Positions 9,724-18,418 of a stretch of DNA of 29,371 nucleotides are shown piece by piece. The position numbers and the translations under genes were made by a program. Under the pieces are notes generated by a model that saw only the letters and a list, made by a program, of their open reading frames with translations, did no database searches and had not been told where the DNA came from. The stretch is from NCBI GenBank assembly GCA_046735395.1, contig JBJKQR010000021.1, forward strand, positions 1 to 29,371, given 5' to 3'. Within the stretch, counting starts at the first letter, position 1; the number at the start of each line of letters is the position of its first letter. Origin of the DNA: Fidelibacterota bacterium. Lineage in GTDB: Bacteria > Fidelibacterota > Fidelibacteria > Fidelibacterales > DSDE01.

Positions 9724-12555
9724 ATGAAATGGATTTTAGTACTGATACTGGCAACTTTTCCTCTCGATGCGGCCGTCATCTGGACCTCACCGGCCCACCC
9801 AACGGAGATAGATGACATTACCGTTTATTTTGATCCGTCCCAGGCCACCCGCCAGGAACTCACGGGCAATGGACAGGTGATTTATACACATACGGGCGTT
9901 CATACCAATGTGAGGAACTGGGACCATGTGATCGGCAGCTGGGGCATAAATTCCACTCAGCCGCAGCTCAATTACGACGGTGACGGCATATACAGCCTCC
10001 ATATCGGGAATGTCCGCGACTTCTATTCCGTGCCGGACAATGAAAGTATTTCGGAATTCTGCTTCGAATTGCGGAACAGTATGTCCGATAGGCAGTCGGA
10101 AGATCTGTTTACACCGCTGTATGAGCCGGGGCTGTCGCTGGCGCTCCTGTCACCGGTGATGGACAGCGGCCGGAAATGGGTTTTCCTTGACATGGGGGAT
10201 ACCCTGAAGCTGCAGGCGATTGCGATCCGACAGGGTGGTGCACTGGATCAGTTCAGTCTGTACCAGGATGACGTACTGCTCACTGAAACCCAGTCCGATA
10301 CACTCAGCTATACCATAACTCAGCTTCCTGCTGCCGGACAGATTCTGCACTACCGGTTCGTGGCGTCCACGTCCGGAGGCTACCGGGATACGCTGGATCT
10401 CTCAGCTATTGTCAATCCCGACTCTCCCAATCTGCCGCCGCCTCCGGGAACCCGGCCCGGATGGACCATAGACGGGAATTCCGTGACCCTGGCGCTCTTC
10501 GCCCCCCGCAAGGAATTTGTGTACCTGATCGGCGACTTCAATGACTGGAACGCCGATCCGGCCTATTTCATGAACCGCTATACGAATGGGGCTGACTCGA
10601 CGCTTTTCTGGATAACGCTTGACGGACTGTCGAAGGATACGGAATACGGGTATCAATACCTTGTTGACGGGAATATCCGCATCGCCGATCCATATGCGGA
10701 AAAAGTTCTCGATCCCTGGGATGACAAATATATCACGGAGAGTGAATATCCCGGGCTCAAGCCCTATCCGGAAGGAAAAACGACAGAGATCTGCTCCGTT
10801 CTGAATCTGCCGTCACAGGAATTTGCCTGGACGGACAGCGGTTACCATTCTCCCGACCAGCGCGGACTGGTTATCTACGAATTGCTGATGCGGGATTTTA
10901 CGGCTGCCCACGATTACCGGACTCTCACCGATTCTCTGGATTATCTGAAAAATCTCGGTATCAATGCCATCGAACTCATGCCCGTCAATGAATTTGAGGG
11001 CAATGACAGCTGGGGCTACAACCCATCCTTCTATTTCGCGCCGGATAAGTATTACGGGCCGGCGGAGGATCTGAAGAAGATGGTGGACGCGGCTCATGCC
11101 CGTGGTATTGCCGTCATCATTGACCTCGTCCTCAACCACAGCTATTTTCAGTCACCGCTGGTGCGGCTCTATAACGGCGGCGGCTATACCGGCCCCGTGG
11201 CCGGGAATCCCTGGTATAATGTGACCACGCCCCACACGGATTACAGCTGGGGTGCAGACTTCAATCACCAGAGCATCCACACCCAATATTTCGTGGACAG
11301 GGTGACCTCGTGGTGGATCCGTGAATTTCACATGGATGGCTACCGCTTCGATTTCACGCGCGGTTTTACGAATCACGCCGGGACATCCGGGGCCTACGAT
11401 CAGTCACGGATAGATATTCTCGAACGGATGGCCGGTCACATCTGGTCTGTAAAAGCGGATGCCTATGTCATACTGGAACATCTCATTGATGATAATTATG
11501 AAATGAAAACGCTGGCCAATGACGGCATGATGCTCTGGGGCAACAGCAACTATAACTACTGTGAAGCCGCCATGGGCTGGATCAATTCATCCGATTTTTC
11601 CTGGGGCTACTTTAAAACCCGGGGCTGGGCAAAGCCCAATCTGGTGACCTATATGGAGAGCCATGACGAGGAGCGGGCTATGTATAAAGCTCTGACCTTC
11701 GGGAACGCTTCGGCAAATTATTCAACTCAGAACCTTAGCACAGCTCTCGACCGCATCAAGCTGAACGCGGCTTTCTTTATCCCGCTTCCGGGGCCGAAAA
11801 TGCTCTGGCAGTTCGAGGAGCTGGGTTATGACATCAGTATAGATACGAATGGCCGGACAGGCCGGAAGCCGCTGCACTGGGAATATTTTCAGGACAGCAG
11901 CCGGTTGAAACTGTACCGGAGTTTCGCTTCACTTATTCATCTCCGCAATCAATACACTGCCTTCCGGGACGGAAACTCGAGCGTGACGCTCAATGCGTCG
12001 GGCGCCGTAAAGACCATTTCCGTCTCCGGTGACATCAACGCGCAGATCGTGGGGAATTTTGACGTCCTGCCCCATACCGCGACGGTGAATTTTGTCCACT
12101 CCGGAAACTGGTACAATTATTCCGACGGGGTCGCCTTTTCCATCGACGGATCGTCCCGGGATTTTACGCTGGCACCCGGGCGCTTTCTCATTCTCACGGA
12201 CCGGGTTGTGGACAATCCCTGGCCGCTGGCATTTACAAATGTGGATGACGGACGGGGTGCGGATGTTCCGGATGAATTCCATCTGGCGGCGCCCTGGCCC
12301 AATCCCTTCAATTCGACCGTCCATATTGCCCTGCACCTGCCGGGAAGCGACACGGAGCCGCTGCGGATCCGAATCTATGATATATGCGGGCAGGAAGTTA
12401 CTCAGCTGATGAATGCTGACCAGCAGGGCGGTGATGCCGAATTCACCTGGGATGGCCTGGACAATTCGGGAAACCGTGTGGCCTCGGGAGTGTATCTTAT
12501 CCGGTCCGAATGGGCAGGACAGAAGGCCGTACGAAAAATTATTCTGTTGAAATAA
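9724..12555 (+). CDS. Secreted GH13 alpha-amylase-family glycoside hydrolase with CBM48-like module and C-terminal FlgD-Ig/T9SS-type sorting domain
   Basis: Signal peptide; VYLIGDFNDW and IADPY (CBM48-like); AIELMPV, WGYNP, DLVLNH, catalytic DGYRFD (Asp), ILEH (Glu), ESHDE (Asp); C-terminal PNPFN...IYD..GQ.V..L...WDG.D..G..VASGVY. Start is ATG 9724 or in-frame TTG 9721. Confidence 0.92.
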   Translation: MKWILVLILATFPLDAAVIWTSPAHPTEIDDITVYFDPSQATRQELTGNGQVIYTHTGVHTNVRNWDHVIGSWGINSTQPQLNYDGDGIYSLHIGNVRDFYSVPDNESISEFCFELRNSMSDRQSEDLFTPLYEPGLSLALLSPVMDSGRKWVFLDMGDTLKLQAIAIRQGGALDQFSLYQDDVLLTETQSDTLSYTITQLPAAGQILHYRFVASTSGGYRDTLDLSAIVNPDSPNLPPPPGTRPGWTIDGNSVTLALFAPRKEFVYLIGDFNDWNADPAYFMNRYTNGADSTLFWITLDGLSKDTEYGYQYLVDGNIRIADPYAEKVLDPWDDKYITESEYPGLKPYPEGKTTEICSVLNLPSQEFAWTDSGYHSPDQRGLVIYELLMRDFTAAHDYRTLTDSLDYLKNLGINAIELMPVNEFEGNDSWGYNPSFYFAPDKYYGPAEDLKKMVDAAHARGIAVIIDLVLNHSYFQSPLVRLYNGGGYTGPVAGNPWYNVTTPHTDYSWGADFNHQSIHTQYFVDRVTSWWIREFHMDGYRFDFTRGFTNHAGTSGAYDQSRIDILERMAGHIWSVKADAYVILEHLIDDNYEMKTLANDGMMLWGNSNYNYCEAAMGWINSSDFSWGYFKTRGWAKPNLVTYMESHDEERAMYKALTFGNASANYSTQNLSTALDRIKLNAAFFIPLPGPKMLWQFEELGYDISIDTNGRTGRKPLHWEYFQDSSRLKLYRSFASLIHLRNQYTAFRDGNSSVTLNASGAVKTISVSGDINAQIVGNFDVLPHTATVNFVHSGNWYNYSDGVAFSIDGSSRDFTLAPGRFLILTDRVVDNPWPLAFTNVDDGRGADVPDEFHLAAPWPNPFNSTVHIALHLPGSDTEPLRIRIYDICGQEVTQLMNADQQGGDAEFTWDGLDNSGNRVASGVYLIRSEWAGQKAVRKIILLK

Positions 12556-12586
12556 AAAAAAGCCCGATCATCAATGGATTCGGGCT
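12554..12586 (-). terminator. Intrinsic terminator for the minus-strand small gene (possibly bidirectional)
   Basis: Stem agcccga (12561-12567) / tcgggct (12580-12586) with A8 run at 12554-12561, read as hairpin + U-tract on the minus strand; lies between convergent genes. Confidence 0.75.
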
Positions 12587-12623
12587 GTCAGTCTTTGAAG
12601 GAATTTTCGGGTAAGGTACCGGT

Positions 12624-12797
12624 TTACAGGGATTTGGCCTTTGTGAAGGCCTCCTTGAGCCGTTCCTCACTGTAATAGGCGCAGGCCCCCTTTATAAAAT
12701 CCGCTTCAATGGCCAGTTCCTGAACCGCCTTTTTCAGGCTTGCAGGCTTGACCTGCTTCTTTTCGGCCCATTTTCCCAGTGACAATGCTTCCGACAT
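12624..12797 (-). CDS. Small 57-aa basic hypothetical protein, possible MerR/excisionase-like helix-turn-helix
   Basis: MSEALSLGKWAEKKQVKPASLKKAVQELAIEADFIKGACAYYSEERLKEAFTKAKSL; GGAGG 4 nt upstream of the ATG at 12797; terminator downstream in the right orientation. The longer start at 12887 lacks such an RBS. Confidence 0.72.
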   Translation of the reverse strand: MSEALSLGKWAEKKQVKPASLKKAVQELAIEADFIKGACAYYSEERLKEAFTKAKSL

Positions 12798-12940
12798 GAT
12801 GCCTCCATTTTTACCATATGTATCAAATATAGTAAAATCGGCTGCAACAAGTGAAAATATTTGCGGTGAAAATGAAATTTCCGTCATCTGTTCGCAACCC
12901 CAAATGCCTAATATAATGGATGTTTACGCTGAATTTACTT

Positions 12941-12969
12941 TTGCATGAGAGGACGAATTGTCTTAACTT
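12941..12969 (+). promoter_or_regulatory. Candidate sigma70-type promoter for the pilus operon
   Basis: TTGCAT (12941-12946) - 17 nt - TAACTT (12964-12969) in the AT-rich divergent intergenic region. A perfect TATAAT at 12912-12917 is an alternative -10. Confidence 0.3.
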
Positions 12970-13049
12970 CTTCTAATCCAAAAAAGCGGATCGTACTGTG
13001 AAGCAAAGGACGAAGCGGATGGTGATAAACGTAAGACGATCGGGTTGAA

Positions 13050-14546
13050 ATGTCGTTGATCTGGGTACAGAGTTTAATTGTCGGACTGCTGATCTACGGT
13101 ATCATTCTGTTACTGTATGGTGTGCGGACATTTCAGGATTTTGTCCGCTTTTCCGCAGCTCTGAACCGGCGACGAAACCGGTATCTCGCGGTTCTATATC
13201 TTATTCTGCCTCGGTTTCTCTTTGCCTGGCTGGCAGAGTTTGTCCTGGCGCATCTGAGCTTCATCCTGCATCCTGTCACGCTTGCTGCTGTCGGAATCGT
13301 GATCCTGCTTGTCATCGGGATTCCGTTTCTGAAGAAGCTGGACATCCGGCTGCTGTGGCGCCGGGCCGGTCAGCGTATCCGGGAAGCGGTGACGCCCCTG
13401 CAGTTTTTTCTCTGGATATTTCTCTTCATCATCGCCGTGACACTCACCTGGTTTTTAGTCGGCCAATTCTGGTTTTTTAATGGTTTTATCATCACGGCGC
13501 TGTTTATCGTGTACATTCAGCTGGCCGGAATCTATTTCTTCGGTTCCTATTTTCGCCGCCGCTATATCGAAAATCAGACAAGGCAGGGTAACAAGTTCGC
13601 CGGATCCGGAAAATTCAGAATTCAGCAGATCCACGTTTTCATTTTTCTGGCCCTGAACTATCTGACTTTGGGTATTTCCTGGCTGATCATCGGAGATTTC
13701 TGGATTATCAGCCGGTTGACAGTCCTTGTGGCTACGACGCTCTTTGTGCTCATGTCGCTGATCTGGGGTTTCGGATCCATCGTATGGAAGACGTATCTTC
13801 TGCCCATGGCCGAATCCGATTCGAATGCCAGAACCATCATCCGGACGATCCGATCGAACCTGACGGATATTATCGCCGGCATCGTGGCGGGTGTGGCCAT
13901 CCTTCTCTTTTTCATTTTCCGTCCCCTGATTCAGGACCTGATGACAGCGCGTATGAAGATCTGGATAGGGACCGGGGCAGCGGCGCTGATTGTTCTGTAT
14001 CTGTGTGTGAAATATCTTCTTCCCCGCTTGTCTTTGCTGCGGGGTTTTGTATATCTGGGTTTTTCCCTGCCTCCCGAGGATCGGGCGATCATGTCGGAGC
14101 CGGCGCTGAAAGCCCGCAGATTCAGGCTAATCACAGCCTGGCTCATTTTTCTCGGACAGAGCGCGGCCTTTTCCCTCGCGGTCTGGCTGCTGATCGATTT
14201 CAGGGAAGATATTCTCTTTCGGTTCAGCATGAATGACGAGCGGTATTATGCTGCCTATAATCTTCTGCTCAGTGTCCTTGCCGGCGCTTTTGTCATCAAC
14301 AATCTAAGCCGGAGACTGTCCGGAATAAGTTATGAAGTTGCGCGCAAAAGGTATTATATTAATAAAAAAAGGAAGATGCTGATGCTTGAACTTGAGGAGA
14401 TTCAGAAACGGATTGAGAAGGAGAAGCGCATTCAGGAAGAGCTCAGACAATTCAACATTAAAACAGCCATTGATGTTCTGAAGGAAAACGGATATCAGAT
14501 CATCATCGGGCCCGAAACCAAATCTGCAGAACCCACACACAAGTAG
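13050..14546 (+). CDS. Polytopic inner-membrane protein of unknown function with C-terminal coiled coil
   Basis: About 10-11 hydrophobic segments with Arg/Lys-rich loops; charged C-terminal helix (LELEEIQKRIEKEKRIQEELRQ); 9 nt upstream of the ExeA-like gene; no family recognised. Confidence 0.8.
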   Translation: MSLIWVQSLIVGLLIYGIILLLYGVRTFQDFVRFSAALNRRRNRYLAVLYLILPRFLFAWLAEFVLAHLSFILHPVTLAAVGIVILLVIGIPFLKKLDIRLLWRRAGQRIREAVTPLQFFLWIFLFIIAVTLTWFLVGQFWFFNGFIITALFIVYIQLAGIYFFGSYFRRRYIENQTRQGNKFAGSGKFRIQQIHVFIFLALNYLTLGISWLIIGDFWIISRLTVLVATTLFVLMSLIWGFGSIVWKTYLLPMAESDSNARTIIRTIRSNLTDIIAGIVAGVAILLFFIFRPLIQDLMTARMKIWIGTGAAALIVLYLCVKYLLPRLSLLRGFVYLGFSLPPEDRAIMSEPALKARRFRLITAWLIFLGQSAAFSLAVWLLIDFREDILFRFSMNDERYYAAYNLLLSVLAGAFVINNLSRRLSGISYEVARKRYYINKKRKMLMLELEEIQKRIEKEKRIQEELRQFNIKTAIDVLKENGYQIIIGPETKSAEPTHK

Positions 14547-14555
14547 AACCGTCCT

Positions 14556-15389
14556 ATGGTAAAACAATATTTTGAAATACTCGGACTGAAGAAGGAGCCT
14601 TTTTCCACAACACCAGAGCCCTCATTTTATTACGAATCCAAGGAACACAAGGAGTGTCTGGTTCGTCTGGAGATCTCCCTCCGGCTGAAACGGGGACTCA
14701 GTGTGGTGCTCGGCGGAATCGGCACGGGAAAATCCACATTGAGCCGGCTTCTGCTCCGGAACTTTTTTCAGACCATCAATGATTATGAATTTTACCTGAT
14801 CCTGGACCCCACCTGGGACAGCGAATACGAATTTTTAAAGTACCTGCTCAAACTCTTCAATATTCATGAAGACGCCGCGTCATCCACCGAGTGCAAGAAT
14901 ATTCTGAAACATTTTCTCTTTGAAAAGGGCGTGGAGCAGGGCAAGACCATCGCGCTTGTCATTGATGAAGGCCAGAAACTCACGGCTCCCTTTCTGGAAA
15001 TTCTGAGAACTCTGCTGAATTACGAGACCAGTGAACATAAACTGCTGCAGCTGGTCATTTTTGCTCAGCCTGAATTTCTGGATACCATCAATGAACACCC
15101 TAATTTCAAGGACCGCATTTCCACCGGATACATGCTGAATCCCCTGAATAAAATGGATTCAGTACGGCTTATCGAGCACCGCATCATGAGGGCCGGCGGT
15201 GACAAGGAACGAAAATTCTTCACGATCGATGCTTATGAACTTATCTATTACTATACCCAGGGATATCCCCGGAAAATAATGACCATCTGCCATGACGCCT
15301 TTATCGAAATGATTCGCGAAGATAAGGCTATGGTTGATGAAGAAATCATAAATAACCTAATCCGTTCCTCTCAATTCCTGTATGTCTAA
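14556..15389 (+). CDS. ExeA/GspA/MshM-like AAA ATPase (no C-terminal peptidoglycan-binding part)
   Basis: YFEILGLKKEPFSTTPEP N-terminus, Walker A GGIGTGKS, Walker B LVIDEGQ, LVIFAQPE, GYPRKI. Confidence 0.9.
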   Translation: MVKQYFEILGLKKEPFSTTPEPSFYYESKEHKECLVRLEISLRLKRGLSVVLGGIGTGKSTLSRLLLRNFFQTINDYEFYLILDPTWDSEYEFLKYLLKLFNIHEDAASSTECKNILKHFLFEKGVEQGKTIALVIDEGQKLTAPFLEILRTLLNYETSEHKLLQLVIFAQPEFLDTINEHPNFKDRISTGYMLNPLNKMDSVRLIEHRIMRAGGDKERKFFTIDAYELIYYYTQGYPRKIMTICHDAFIEMIREDKAMVDEEIINNLIRSSQFLYV

Positions 15390-17844
15390 CAAGAATATTC
15401 TCAAAGAAGACGCAACAAAACGTCTGATAGAACTGCTCCGTGAAACGGATACGCTGCCTGAAGATGAAGAAAAATTGGAGGCTGTTTCTGATGAAGCGGC
15501 TGCCGCTCCAGAACCCGAACCTTTCATTGAGGACAGCAGTGCAGATGACGCATCCGGAGTGAGTCCGGAAACGCTTCTTGATTTTCTGAATCAGGAAAAT
15601 TCTGAGGCCTCCGAACTGAGCCGGGAGATTCCCGGGATCGGAAACAGTCCTGTTGAGGCGATGGAAAAAAAACGCCGGGAAAACGATCCCATCGCAGATC
15701 TTTATCATACACCTCCGGAACATAGCGCAACCGGGTCCGCGGATGACACGCCGCTACGGGCATCCCAAACCCGAAATACTCTCCAGAACCTGCTGGCGAA
15801 TCTGGACAGCACCATGAATTCGGATGATCAGGTGGAAATTCTCGGCGCACAGAACGGAGCCGCTGTGCAGGAACTGCTGCAGACGGAAACGGTGGAAAAA
15901 AATCGGCCCGAGCAGACGGAAAAGCCCAAACCGCCCATCATTGATTCCGCCATGGCCAAATCTGTCGCCGCTGATCCGCAGAAGAAGCCAGAACCGGAAC
16001 CTGCTCCGAAACGCTCTCTGAAATATCTGAAGAAATATAATTATGACGATCTATACAGCTCCGAAAAAGGCGGGGGCGAGGAATATATTCCCAACTGGAA
16101 CACGGCCAAGTTTTTCCAGTCAGTCCTGTTTTCAAAGGACACAGCCTATGGACTGGATATGGGCGAGGACTACGTCCGCTATGTCCAGATCAAGAAACGC
16201 CAGGATAAACTGGAGATCAGCGACTGGGGCTTTACTCAGCTCATTCAGAACGAGAATAATCAGAATACGGGATATATCCGGAAAAAGAATGAAGATAACT
16301 TCGATATCGTTTTCAGCAATTATGCAGCTCAGACCAGGCTGAAGAACCGCTACGTTGCCCATGCCATACAGAATAAGAATGTGGTCTCCCGTCTGCTCAG
16401 TTTTCCCAAGCTTGCGCCGGCCGAGGTGAAGGAAGCCATTGAGCTGAATGCCCGTAAAAATCTGCCCTTCCCCGACAAGTTCGCCCAGATCGATTATGCC
16501 CAGACCGGAAGCAGCACGGAAGGCCAGAAGAAGTTCAATTACTTAGTGGCCATCGGACATGAACGAAGCATCAACGGCGTGTTTACCCGATTCAAGGATG
16601 CGGGAATCGTACCCCGAAAGCTGTTTTCGGCATCTTTTGCCATCTGGTCACTTTTCAAGAATAATTATCCCGACCTGGAAGATCAGTCCGTTATTCTCCT
16701 GCATATCGGTGAAGACGTCTCCAATATTGTCTTTATCAACGAAGGTGTATTTCAGTTCGACCGGGAGCTGGCCATCGGAGCAAAGGACTTCCGGGAAGCA
16801 TTGGCTCAGAAAGTGAGCACTCTGGACGGTGACCATGTGGTAACCTTGCGGGAAGCTGAACAGCTGAAGGTGCAGTACGGTTTCCCCATTGATCAGGAAG
16901 GGGTGACGGAATTTCTCCATATCGAAGCTTTCAAACTGCAGATTCTGCTCCGTTCCGAAGGTGAACGGCTCCTGTCAGAGATCAATCGCTCCATTGACTT
17001 TTACCGGAAAGTCTTTTCTCTGCCTGCGCTGGAATGCGATATCTTTCTCAGCGGCCCCGGTTCGAAAGTTCCCAATATTGATGTCTTCATCAGCCGGCAG
17101 CTGAACCGGACCGTTCGGCATATTTTTTCACTCCGGTCCACAACCGTCCGTTATGCTGAAGGCGTGGAACCCATTCCGGTGGAATTCATGCCCGAATTTG
17201 ATCTGGCTCTGGCCGCTGCCACCGAAATCGACAATCATACAAACCTTGTTCCCAAAGTCCTCAAATTCGAGGAAAAATTCATTCCCGCCTATATGGCCTC
17301 CATCATCATCCTGCTGCTCACGCTTCTGGCCGTCACCGTCTCATCCTTCGCCATTTCCTCCAAACTTACCAACGCGCGGCAGAAGGTGAAGGACATTGAA
17401 ACTGAAATCGCGGATGTGGCTCCCATGGGCACAAAATATACGGATATGATTTCCTATCATAACGCGGCCTTTGTGGTTCGGAATGAACTGAACCATGACA
17501 GATATTTTTCCGCTTTTATTCCCACCATACTGAAAGCCCTGTCCCGGGATACGCAGGAAGAGATCAAACTGTCTCAGCTCATATTCAACCGGGAATCGGC
17601 CGAGCCGAAGGGAGCGGGGGAAAAGGCGTCCGCGGCAAAATCCGCAGCCCATCCCATGTACCTCCATCTGCAGGGCTTCGTCACCACATCGGATGCCATT
17701 GCGGATGTGGTGCTTACCAATTACCAGATGAAACTTGAGGGAACGGGATATTTTAATTCTGTTCAGATCCTGTCCAAAAACCGGGAGACCGGCAACGGAC
17801 TCATCCGGCTCCGGTTTACCATGCAGGCAGAACTGAAGGAATAG
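15382..17844 (+). CDS. pilM: Type IV pilus PilM-PilN fusion with long acidic/Pro-rich N-terminal extension
   Basis: After ~253 low-complexity aa: actin-like PilM motifs GLDMGEDYVRYVQ, LHIGEDVSNI, LLSEINRSIDFYR, IFLSGPGS; then NLVP (PilN INLLP-like), one TM, coiled coil and PilN-like periplasmic domain (LHLQG...LEGTGYFNSV...RFTMQAEL). Confidence 0.85.
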   Translation: MSNKNILKEDATKRLIELLRETDTLPEDEEKLEAVSDEAAAAPEPEPFIEDSSADDASGVSPETLLDFLNQENSEASELSREIPGIGNSPVEAMEKKRRENDPIADLYHTPPEHSATGSADDTPLRASQTRNTLQNLLANLDSTMNSDDQVEILGAQNGAAVQELLQTETVEKNRPEQTEKPKPPIIDSAMAKSVAADPQKKPEPEPAPKRSLKYLKKYNYDDLYSSEKGGGEEYIPNWNTAKFFQSVLFSKDTAYGLDMGEDYVRYVQIKKRQDKLEISDWGFTQLIQNENNQNTGYIRKKNEDNFDIVFSNYAAQTRLKNRYVAHAIQNKNVVSRLLSFPKLAPAEVKEAIELNARKNLPFPDKFAQIDYAQTGSSTEGQKKFNYLVAIGHERSINGVFTRFKDAGIVPRKLFSASFAIWSLFKNNYPDLEDQSVILLHIGEDVSNIVFINEGVFQFDRELAIGAKDFREALAQKVSTLDGDHVVTLREAEQLKVQYGFPIDQEGVTEFLHIEAFKLQILLRSEGERLLSEINRSIDFYRKVFSLPALECDIFLSGPGSKVPNIDVFISRQLNRTVRHIFSLRSTTVRYAEGVEPIPVEFMPEFDLALAAATEIDNHTNLVPKVLKFEEKFIPAYMASIIILLLTLLAVTVSSFAISSKLTNARQKVKDIETEIADVAPMGTKYTDMISYHNAAFVVRNELNHDRYFSAFIPTILKALSRDTQEEIKLSQLIFNRESAEPKGAGEKASAAKSAAHPMYLHLQGFVTTSDAIADVVLTNYQMKLEGTGYFNSVQILSKNRETGNGLIRLRFTMQAELKE

Positions 17845-17845
17845 T

Positions 17846-18418
17846 ATGAGTTACAGCAAACGCTTCGCAGCTTCAGTCGTGGGGATCATTCTGATCCTTA
17901 TCATCTGGTTGTCCGGGTTTTATTCTCCGAAAAGTGAAATGCTGCAGGCACTGGAATACCGCAATGAGGAACTCTCTTCACAGCTGAGCACCCTGAAAAA
18001 TATGAGCATGAGCATCGGCGAATTCGAAAAGAGCGTGGACAGCCTCCGTGACAGTTTCGACCGTGACGTGGCCCGGATGCGGAGCAAGGGAGAATTCAAC
18101 GACCGGATTACCCGGATTTCCGACCTGGCTGCCGCAAATCATGTAAAGATTCTCATCGTCAATCCGTCCGTATCCAATCTCCTCGATATCTCCGAGGCCT
18201 CACAGATGAAATATCTGGGTTATGTGGTGGAGAAAAATGCCATCATGGTACAGGTGACCGGGAAGTATCTGGATGTGGGACGCTATATGGAACGCCTGAA
18301 CGAACTGGACGGCGTATTCATCGAAAGAGCCGAACTGCTGTCCGATCCCATGGTGTATCCCGATCTGAATGTCTTTGCCTATTTGTTCATGTATTCGCGG
18401 TCAGGAGGGAAGTTGTGA
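17846..18418 (+). CDS. pilO: PilO-like pilus alignment protein
   Basis: N-terminal TM + YSP, coiled coil, C-terminal VQVTGKYLDVGRYMERL typical of PilO/GspM; position after pilMN. Confidence 0.78.
   Translation: MSYSKRFAASVVGIILILIIWLSGFYSPKSEMLQALEYRNEELSSQLSTLKNMSMSIGEFEKSVDSLRDSFDRDVARMRSKGEFNDRITRISDLAAANHVKILIVNPSVSNLLDISEASQMKYLGYVVEKNAIMVQVTGKYLDVGRYMERLNELDGVFIERAELLSDPMVYPDLNVFAYLFMYSRSGGKL

Noticed and set aside
12748..12948. 66-aa plus-strand ORF, and the 12887 start for the minus-strand ORF
   Set aside because: Both run through the AT-rich promoter region without an RBS; ATG 12797 with GGAGG fits better.
12975..13049. Possible c-di-GMP-I riboswitch (gcaaa...gacg) upstream of the pilus operon
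   Set aside because: The GCAAA-stem-GAAA-stem-GACGCAAA arrangement is not present; an Rfam scan would settle it.
13050..13767. MSLIW encoded twice (15/16 nt match at 13050 and 13752)
   Set aside because: The offset of 234 aa is not a multiple of the 77-aa repeat and the flanks do not align; treated as chance.
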